Shown here: piece by piece, positions 41,048 to 49,626 of the stretch
Position numbering within the stretch: position 1 is the first letter of the stretch
Layout: each line of letters opens with the position of its first letter
From: Atractiella rhizophila
Lineage: Eukaryota
DNA length: 49,626 bases
Assembly (NCBI GenBank): GCA_021432655.1
Contig: MU271529.1
Location: 1-49,626 of the forward strand
Direction: 5' to 3'
The notes under the pieces: generated by a model
Told to the model about the DNA's origin: nothing
Database searches by the model: none
The model's input: the letters and a program-made list of their open reading frames with translations, nothing else
Program-made: the position numbers and the translations under genes

Positions 41048-42441
41048 ATGGCATCGAACGTTAACTGTAAAATATCATTCGGGGACGTGAAGCGAAAGCT
41101 CGTGGTCCAAGGTGGATGCCCTCCATGGAGCGACTTTATATCTCTCGTCAAGGAGCGATTTGGTCTTTCTGAGGAAGAGGTTCGATTGGAATACATCGAT
41201 GAGGATGGCGATGAAGTGACCATGTACGCCGTATTTTGGCTTGACATACCTCAGCTGAATGATGGTGTGGCGTTAGGAGCTCTGATGTAGAGTTGAAGGA
41301 AGCTTGGCCAATCGAGCAGGAGGGCAGGAAACCCACTCTCTATCTCCAGCTAAAACTCGTTTCTCCTGGCAGTACGAGACAATCCTCGGCTACTGTACAA
41401 GAGGAGAAGTTGTCAGAAGTGGATGACTTCGAAATGGTCGACGAGGTTGAAGAGAGATATCCGGTTGTGGATGCAGTTGTGGAGGAACCTGCATCAGAGC
41501 ACGAAACGGACAGCCAACCGGGCCTTCTCCCCAAAGTTTTCGTGGATCCCTTGGAACCTGCTATGGATGTGGATGTGGACCCATTGGTCGAGCCAAAGGA
41601 CAGCACCACGCAGGTAGAAGAACCTCAACAGCAAACTGAAGCGGCGCCGATTTCCGATACCGTCTTCATCCCAATCGAGTCTGGATCTACCCCAGCTTCC
41701 CCTTCAATTCCGTTGAAGGTTGATGAGAAGGTTGTTGAGCACGAAGACCCACCTATTGTCCCCTTGCCTCCAGCCCAACCAGCTGCTCCCGTTCACACAG
41801 ATGTTCAAGCCGAGGCATCTACCTCTCGTTTCCCAGGGTCGTTCTCTGACGATCCTCCGTCTCCTTCGACTCCGACTAGCCATCTTGCGAACGCCTTGAC
41901 GTCGGTCTTCCACGATCCCGCCATCCGAGAATCAGTCGGACAATTCTTGGACAAAACTGCGACGCTCGCTCGTTCAGCCTCTGCCGAAGGTTCTGCTAGA
42001 TTCGACATTATGAAACGAGAGCTCGAAGCGTACCTTCGACGGCTTGGAGTCCAGAGAGACGGAAGGGATGGCAACTTGGACGATTACGTCAAACCAATCC
42101 TGGAAGCTTTCTTCAAAGCCATGCAAGCTGTTGGTCGAGAGGGAAGGGAAGCTTGGAATTGGGGTGAAGAGCAATTTAACCAAAGAAGGAAGAGCATGCT
42201 GGAAGCTTTTCAGGAGAAGAGGAATCAGATCAAGTCTGAGCAACAAATTGATGGCGCCTGGGTCCAGGAGCAAACAGGATTTGCTCTTATTTTGGTTAAC
42301 CTCCAAGATATGGGGTTTCAGACGGAACAGGATGTGGTCAAAGATGTTGCAGTGGCCCAATATTGGAAGGCACACGTCGGTGGATATGAAGGAGCTGTCG
42401 AACAAATTACCGAGAATATCGTTGCTGACTTGCTGGGTTGA
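41048..42441 (+). CDS. PB1-domain protein with AIM/LIR motif and C-terminal UBA-like domain (p62/NBR1-like)
   Basis: PB1 CKISFGDVKRK...LEYIDEDGDEVTM-SSDVEL (OPCA motif); DDFEMV; C-terminal LVNLQDMGF. Confidence 0.78.
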
Positions 42442-42954
42442 TTACAGGCTGATTTATTGTGGATTCATTTTATGCTTTAATAGGTGTGCTTGTGTGTAGT
42501 ATGGTGTATTGAAAAACTCGTATCCGACCTATATCTCAGAACTACCCACAAAATTGGTCAAAGAAACGGGATACCTCAAACTACACTGGTATAAACCTGA
42601 AACGAAAAGGACGTTGCAAAGTACATCACTCATGAGCAATGAAGAAACGATGAATCACGATCGAATAATTAAGTTGTTAATGGATCACATGGAGTTGAAT
42701 GAGGAATGCTTTCTTTCGTTCATAATTCGGGAACGAAGCAAGCAACAGCCTCCTCCGAAGTCCAGAAGGGCAAGGAAGCGAAAGAAGGAAGGAGTTCGAC
42801 CCCCTTGGGCTTCTGGACGTCGGAGGAGGCCGCGCTTGAATCGATTTCCATTTCGTTCGCACCAAACTGTTATCGCCACCCCCCAACTGAACAGTTCGAA
42901 TTCGATGAAAGAATGAAAAAGCTGGACCACAATCCGACGTCTTGCCCGTCTGGG

Positions 42955-43701
42955 TCAAAGCCCAAGTCGCGTCATGACTCTCTCAAGAGCTTCCATTCGT
43001 CCATCTATGTAAACTGCTCCAAGGGTTGCCTGAAGCACCTGAGCGGACATCCTGCAACAGCCTCAGCAGAGACGAGAGATCGAACAAAGTGACTCACCTA
43101 TCCGATATCCCAGGTTTCGAGTTTCCTACGATGATGAGAGAAGGGAGAGCAAATTCCTTGCTGATTTTACAGAGATTCTGTATAGAAAATTTGTGGTCCT
43201 GCGCCGTAACGTTTACGCCGGTCGCGTTTCCTTCTAGATATAACCGCTCTGCTTCCGCCTTAGCTAACAGTATAACATAACGATATATAACAAACCAAGA
43301 CCCATTGTTTTCATCGCCACCTCCCCGAGTCTTGCTAGCCGTAAATTGCCCTCAGGTAGAGTGGTGGCGGTCGAATGTAAAAGCGCTTCTTTGCCACAAT
43401 CGAGCCCGCGCTCTGTTTGAAATTTATACTCAAGTATAACCTGTAGAAGAGTGATGTTGTGCGCTAATTTTTCCATGACGGAAGGCTCGAGAACAACTTG
43501 AGTCTTGACGACAAACGGAGACTGATAAGGTTGCTGTGGCGGATTGGATGACTTGGACGAAGCGATGCTGGGCTTTGAAAACGTAGAAGTGGCCGTGGAC
43601 ATGGAAGAAGAGATATAAGACCCAGTATGAGAAGAAGAAGAAGAGCTCTTGGGACCATCAAAGGAGTAGTTGTAAGGGTAGTTTCCAGAGTATCTTGACA
43701 T
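42955..43701 (-). CDS. Stand-alone RNase III-like domain protein with degenerate catalytic residues (3 exons)
   Basis: LEYKF..EALLHST..EGNLRLARLGE..FSIQNLCKISKEFAL..SAQVLQATLGAVYIDG..VMTRLGL*; Ser-rich N-terminus; two short introns keep frame. Confidence 0.75.
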
Positions 43702-44924
43702 TGCGGGCAGAAACGTGTTTAATCCAACTGATCGCGTCTCTCTGGCCTACTGTGTCGCTCGCGTCTATATCCAATGGGATCTCGCTCGTCAGGCGTGCGA
43801 GATTGCTCGGTGGGTTATCCGGAAGTCGGTGAGTAAAGCTGCTCAAACAAAATGAAGAGGAACGCTGCAGGTGGCCGAAGTGTTTGCACAACACTAAGCT
43901 CTCTGGGCCACACTTTCGGGAAGCGGATTCCGAGTCAGATCGTAAAATAAATTTCTTAAAAGCTTTTGACAGCTTCAGGACGATGTCCAGAAAAACCAAA
44001 TGCCGGAATGAAGAACAAAGCTGGTGGCGTCGCCAAAGTAGTGATTTCTTGATAAATTTTCAAATCCGATTTGTTTTAATTCACCTCGAGAAGCGAGAAA
44101 TCTGATCAACTGTTGGTCTCTTCCGCCTGCTGCCAGTAGAAAATGCGAGTTGGATGAAGATTTGAGAATATCGAGAAGTGCTGGTTTCGGAGTTGCTGCA
44201 GCCACGTACGCGACGAACGACGGACAAACGACGGAGCTGTACGCCTTTTTTCGACTTACTTAGGTGTGGACCAGAATGTGTTCGTCCAGCCTTGGTCCAA
44301 CTTCCGTCCCTTCTTGAATGTTAGATGAGCTTGGACCAGTGATGGGAGAGCTTTAACCGCGACGGCTCGGATATTAGAGGCTGTAAGAGTTGTAAGTTAG
44401 TTTACGTGCAAACAAAGGAGAGAAAACAAAAGAAGCGGTTTGATATGCTAACCCTGCAATCTGCTATCTTTTTTTTTTTGTTGAATCCAGGTTGTGGGAA
44501 TCCGGCGGCAGAAGCGACTGTAGAATGAGAGTCGTTATACCCGCTCGTTCAAAAGGGTGAGATGTGTCAGGTTCGTTTGCGACGTTTGAGTCGTTCTAGC
44601 TTGTCTGTCGTCCATGATGTGAGGAGAACGCAGCTTTGCCCAGTTTTCATAACAAAGGCTAATTGCCCTACTTTATGCGTTAATACATCGTTCATAGAGG
44701 CCGTGCTGCGTTTAGATTCCTGTCACCGTTTGACATGTTGGTTGTTTGTGTCCTGCATGTCTCCCACTTCACGTCAAGTTGCAATACAACCAACATCAAC
44801 ATGTGAAAGAGACATGAGCACAATTGGTCAAAGATCGTGTGAACTTGTACATTGTTTTCAAAGAGGAGCATCGGTACTGCACATCATTCCATTAGAATTC
44901 AAAGTCCATTTCTCCACGTAACAT

Positions 44925-47900
44925 TTAAATCGACTCGTCGGTATGGTAAGCTGCCCTTCTCATTTCTCCCAATTTCCTCCTCGCGTCTCCTAGCTCTTTC
45001 TCAAGTGTCACAATCGAGACTTGCACCTCCATTTCCCTCATCTTGAACTCGTGCGCACCCATGGAATTGTAGTCCGCATCATCCCTACCCAACATCTGTT
45101 TGGAAGTGATCGCCTTGACTTGCTTGACCAAAGCTTTGCATGCATCCTGAACAGCTTTAGCAGCGAGCTCGAGTTTTTCTTGTGTCTTGCTCATCAGATC
45201 GCTCTTGACCCTGGAAGCTTGAACGAGCTGAGCTGTCGAAGCGGCGACTTCGTTGGAAGCGACGATAAGCTGTTCAAGAGATTTCGAACCGTCAATAACC
45301 CCGTCAGCTGTCTGAATCAAATTCGTCGTCGCCCAAGCTACCGCTTTCGCAGCACTGATGAGACCCTCCGTCCACCGATTATTGCGCTTGTAGAACGCTT
45401 GCGTCGAACCCGACCCTCGTCCCGAAGCGACCGAAGATGGAAAGCTCCCTCTTCCCACCTCTTTAACACCTCCAATAGTTCTCGCGTTTATTGGACAGGG
45501 TCTCGTATCGCCTGCACAACCAGTTATGGTTCCCATAATGTGGGGACTGAGGCCTACTGCTACGGCGGCTTAGCAACTAGTTCCAGCGCTTCTTAGGACC
45601 TCTGCAACCTGAGGCTAAGAAGGAACGGGAAGTCAGTATGGCAGAGCTTCCTGACAGAGGGTGGCGTTCCTTGCTATAACAGCAGTTGTTGTCGTACGTC
45701 TGCGCGTGTCGCAATGTCTTCGAACGCCAACACCATCTCGTCGACTCTGGGTTCGTTTGCTTAGACAGTTTCTGGTCACCCCTCTAACCTCTGGACCAAC
45801 TCTTACTTTACCGGTTACGCCGCTTCCGCTAGCTTCGACGATGGCGAGCAGACGTCCGAGACTACAGCTCCGGCTTCCTAGCTATGAGGCGACATCTGCA
45901 AGTTCAGGTGCTACGATAAGAACTTCGAAGTGACCGGTAGTGGGCGCGGTAGCCTTCTGAATAGGTCCGACGTTGCCTCTGGGTTGTTCTTTAANNNNNN
46001 NNNNNNNNNNNNNNNNNNNNNNNNNNNNNNNNNNNNNNNNNNNNNNNNNNNNNNNNNNNNNNNNNNNNNNNNNNNNNNNNNNNNNNNNNNNNNNNNNNNN
46101 NNNNNNNNNNNNNNNNNNNNNNNNNNNNNNNNNNNNNNNNNNNNNNNNNNNNNNNNNNNNNNNNNNNNNNNNNNNNNNNNNNNNNNNNNNNNNNNNNNNN
46201 NNNNNNNNNNNNNNNNNNNNNNNNNNNNNNNNNNNNNNNNNNNNNNNNNNNNNNNNNNNNNNNNNNNNNNNNNNNNNNNNNNNNNNNNNNNNNNNNNNNN
46301 NNNNNNNNNNNNNNNNNNNNNNNNNNNNNNNNNNNNNNNNNNNNNNNNNNNNNNNNNNNNNNNNNNNNNNNNNNNNNNNNNNNNNNNNNNNNNNNNNNNN
46401 NNNNNNNNNNNNNNNNNNNNNCTCAGGTCTCTCCTCAACCTCTCCAGTTCATCCTTATGCGAACTCTTGAGCCTATCGCTCTCGAATCTCGCACGGTCAC
46501 GTTCTCGAATCATATCAGCCAACTCGAGGTTCTTGGCTTTCATATCCCTCTCCATCCTCTCCATCCTCTCAATTGCCTCCTGCGCGCTATTCGCCTTCAA
46601 CTGGAACTGCTTGAACTTGGAGAGCATGTCGAGATGCTCGGTTCGCAGTTGAGAATACAATTTCGCCAGAGCTTCGTACTTGTTCTTCCACAGCGCGACT
46701 TGCTCCTGCAGCTGCTTGATAAGCTCATCTTTACTCGATAGCTGAGCTGATAGGTTTGCGTTGTAGTTCATGAGCTCTTGCTCGAGGGCTTTCACTCTCT
46801 ACATCCCAGCCCATCCCAAAGTTAGATCAAGAGCACCCAATTGAAGTAATAGAAAGAAGGAATGCCGAACCCTATCATACTGCTCAAGCATCATCTGATC
46901 CCTCTCATATTGACCCCTCATACCCATCATCTCCCTCTCCAGTTCCTGAACCCTCATCAAAGCCTGTTGATCACGTCCCATCTGCATCTGCATCTCCATT
47001 CTCCTCCTCTCCTCCTCCTGTTCCCTCCTCAACTGCTCCATCCTCTCTCTCTCCATCCTCTCCCTCTCCTCCTGCTCCCTCCTCATCGCATCAAACCTCG
47101 CCTTCTCCTCCTCAGCCTTCCTCCTTTCTTCCTCCTGTTTCTTCTTCAAAGCAGCCTGTTGATCTTCATAATGTTTCAACATTCGTCTTTGCTCGTCGAT
47201 ATCCGGCGTGGGCTCGCCGCGGGGTGGAGGGGGAGAGGCGGGCGGCGGTGCGACGGTCTTTGGACGGGCGGGGAGGTCGGGGAGAGAAGAAGAGTCGAAG
47301 AGATTCGGAGGTTCTTGTGGCAGTTTTGGGACGTTGATCAACCCTGTGAGGTACTTCAGGTTCGAGCACTCGTAGTAGAACTTGCGCAGGTTGTAGTGCT
47401 GAGAATTGTACCGCTGTCGAAGTGGCTCAAGCGCATCGGCCGCGTCCGTACCTATTTCCAAGACCCGTCAGTTAGTGGTGCGCTCCAAGAGAGATGAGAG
47501 GAAGGGACGGACGTCGATGCATGGCACGAAGCATCGAGGTGATGAAACGGTAGATCCCATAACTCTCCTTCACCTGAGGGACGAGAGCGCTTATCCTGCA
47601 TTCATTATTTGTTGATCCTCTGAAGTGGGCAAAGATGAGTTTCTGGAAGGAGTCAATCTGGTCCTGTAAGTTCATAAGATCCGAAATGGTCTCGTATCTT
47701 CATCGTCATCCGTTACCTCCTACACATTGCTTTGAGGAGAAGCAGTACATACCCCTCATTCGGATCATCGATACCTTTCAACGTAACATACTCTTCATAC
47801 TCAAAAAGTCCATTAAAATCCGGGTGAGTCTTGTGGAATCTGAGTTTGGCGAGCAAGGAGGACACATAAGCCTTTATGAGCGGCGTATAACCTTCCCGGG

Positions 47901-48596
47901 CACCATCACTCCTCGTCCGCCGGACAAAAGATAGGCATTAATGAGGACCAGCGTACCTCGTCCATCGTTCCCTACCGTCCTTGCACAGGTTTCCAGCCAT
48001 CCTGTCTGCTGCTGCGCTTGCTTGAGCACCTGCAAGTCATCACTCAATACATGTGCCGTTGGCGCGGAAGCAGAGGGGATGCGTAGGGGAACGCACGATG
48101 GGATGCCCTTCTTGAAGGATCTTGTGCACTGTAATCAACGCTTTGAAAGTCTGCACCTCATCTGCCAGAATGGGTTGGACACGGAGGCCAGCCCAAATTG
48201 ACTGGGAGTCGTGATAGTCCCAAGAATAGACGATACACTCTACATCGCCAACAACACGCACCCGGCACCAAGACACCAAGTCAATGACCTTTCGTCACCA
48301 CCCTTCGCCCAGAGGAATGAGGATGGAAGGACGCACTCCGAACATGTTTCTGCTTCGGCGCCGTCTCATCTGGGTTCGTCGCCTTCTTGATAGTCAAAGT
48401 GAGCTCGCTCTCAGCCTTGTCCTTGTCCACGGGTCGAGTGGGCACATGCTGCTTTGTCCCATATGGATCCTCGCGGTCATAGAAGTCCGAACGATTGCTG
48501 GAGCAGGGTCAGCGCGACCTCCAAGGAGGCGGTGGACATTACCGTGACCTATCGAAGCATTAGCAATAAAGAGAAAGACAGCAGAGTAACTTACAT
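44925..48596 (-). CDS. SLA2: Endocytic adaptor Sla2/End4 (ANTH, coiled coil, I/LWEQ); interrupted by an N-gap and a reversed block
   Basis: IKKATNPDETAPKQKHVR, FKALITVHKILQEGHP, CRISALVP, FYYECSNLKYL, WKNKYEALAKLY, FYKRNNRWTEGLISAAKAVA, ASTAQLVQASRVK. Confidence 0.95.
45432..45994. other. 563-nt block reversed without complementation (SLA2 coding sequence); probable assembly artifact
   Basis: Complement read left to right gives a stop-free 187-codon Sla2 segment FYLSREKGGEIVEVIKSANNL...AATETQQEI that joins VASGRGS at 45431. Confidence 0.93.
45995..46421. other. Assembly gap (427 N) inside SLA2
   Basis: Run of N. Confidence 1.
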
Positions 48597-49205
48597 CCTG
48601 TCTGGATATCTTGATCGCAGAGTTGGATTGGAGAGTGTGAATAGTGTGAATAGTCCTTCCTGTCACTACATTGCTGCGTGCCCAAGTCAAGGACTACACG
48701 CTATTACAATAGCCGCTCAAGCAAGGATGGTGAGGGAGGTAGAGGACGATGCATCAGGTCTTTTCAAAGTAAGTGCTTGCAGCTGCAAATTACCTGTGTG
48801 GCCGAACCTCTCGTAAATCTCGCACTTTGTGAGGTTAATTTTGTTAACCCTCTCAACGTAAAAGAGAAGAGCGGAAGGTGTTTTTACGAAACGTATGCAA
48901 TATAATCGCCGATTGAACGGTTCCCATCAGGTTCCTGTAGCAGCTCTTGCGCAAGTTCAATACTACCCATGGGCGGGGAGCATTCCACGATTCTCGATGA
49001 GATCGCTAGGATGCGCTGTATGAGATGTACACGATACGAGTGGTTAGGGAAGAAGAGATCGCACCTCTTGATCCAAAGCAGCGATAGCCCAAGCAAGCCA
49101 CGCGTTTTAAATTTTGTCCATAGTTCCCTGGTGATTTACATTTGGACTGCGATGAGAGAATCCTTCTTGTTCAAATGGCTCCATTAGAGGTCATATGCAT
49201 TTCAG

Positions 49206-49626
49206 GAGGCTATTCCAGAGCAGAGGTCCCAACACAGTGGTGATTTAGGACTCTTACAATTCCAACTAATGTTTTCACCTTCCCTCCCGCAACATGCTGA
49301 TAAAATCCAACAGCATCGTCGTACATATGGAATCCTTGTTTTCACGCGAGACGCAATCGTTCTCAACAAGTCAGTGGCGATCAGCATCCTTCCATCTTTC
49401 AATGGAGCTCCCCTTCAGACGATTTGTCTGAACACCCTTCCGGCTTCTGCTATACGCGTCTCCACGGTTTCGCTATGTAGCCTTTATACGCTCGATGAAA
49501 TCTTGCATCCAGGGGTGACGACCTTTCATGCATGCATGGATGCCAATAAATGCTTCTTGGCACCTTCTCGGGATGAAGTGGACCCTAGCAGATCTGATTA
49601 TGAGACTCATGTCGTGAAATTGGAAG
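49206..49626 (+). CDS. Exon of a hypothetical protein, truncated by the window end
   Basis: About 140 stop-free codons after a TTTCAG acceptor (EAIPEQRSQHSGDLGLLQFQLMFSPSLP...HVVKLE); not in the ORF track because there is no stop. Confidence 0.4.

Noticed and set aside
42509..43092. Plus-strand ORFs 42509-42916 and 42706-43092
   Set aside because: No recognisable motifs, partly antisense to the RNase III-like gene, and no convincing splice structure.
45432..45994. A real biological inversion or foreign insertion inside SLA2
   Set aside because: A true inversion would put the Sla2 frame on the + strand. It appears only in the non-reversed complement, which DNA polarity cannot produce.
45911..46795. 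Long ORFs in the track spanning the N run
   Set aside because: They are artifacts of translating N. Only the 46422-46795 part is real Sla2 coiled coil.
3078..47497. Many antisense ORFs rich in Ser/Leu/Pro/Phe (e.g. 3078-3584, 26592-27056, 46862-47497)
   Set aside because: They are shadows of purine-rich, low-complexity coding sequence on the opposite strand.
1..49626. A secondary-metabolite or other co-regulated gene cluster (UGT, VOC, TF, LPMO)
   Set aside because: No backbone enzyme (PKS, NRPS, terpene synthase), and these genes are interspersed with housekeeping genes.

Overview
Intron-rich eukaryotic (fungal) DNA with mostly ~45-60 nt GT-AG introns. Protein families and intron density suggest a basidiomycete, probably Pucciniomycotina-like (inference). 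About 20 protein-coding genes were reconstructed by manual splicing: a DHX29/57-type DEAH helicase (3' end outside the window), a 72-aa secreted Cys-rich peptide missing from the ORF track, a ricin-B lectin, Sec61-gamma, a CREG-like protein, a Zn2Cys6 TF, Elp4, PacC/Rim101, a VOC/glyoxalase, an SH3-PX-BAR sorting nexin, an AA11 LPMO, an orphan 7-TM protein, a GT1 UDP-glycosyltransferase, Rsc9, a PB1/AIM/UBA protein, a degenerate stand-alone RNase III, Sla2/End4 and several hypotheticals. The most striking anomaly is a 563-nt block next to the N-gap in SLA2 (45432-45994). It is reversed but not complemented: it encodes the missing Sla2 segment only when the complement is read left to right, which almost certainly makes it an in-silico artifact. 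The best biological leads are the 10-Cys helical-hairpin-like peptide, five GCCAAG PacC sites just upstream of pacC, the orphan 7-TM protein, the pseudo-RNase III, an intron-split start codon plus 6-nt microexon in SLA2, and an oversized structured intron in ELP4. No mobile elements, CRISPR arrays, rRNA or tRNA were recognised. Exon boundaries were read by eye.
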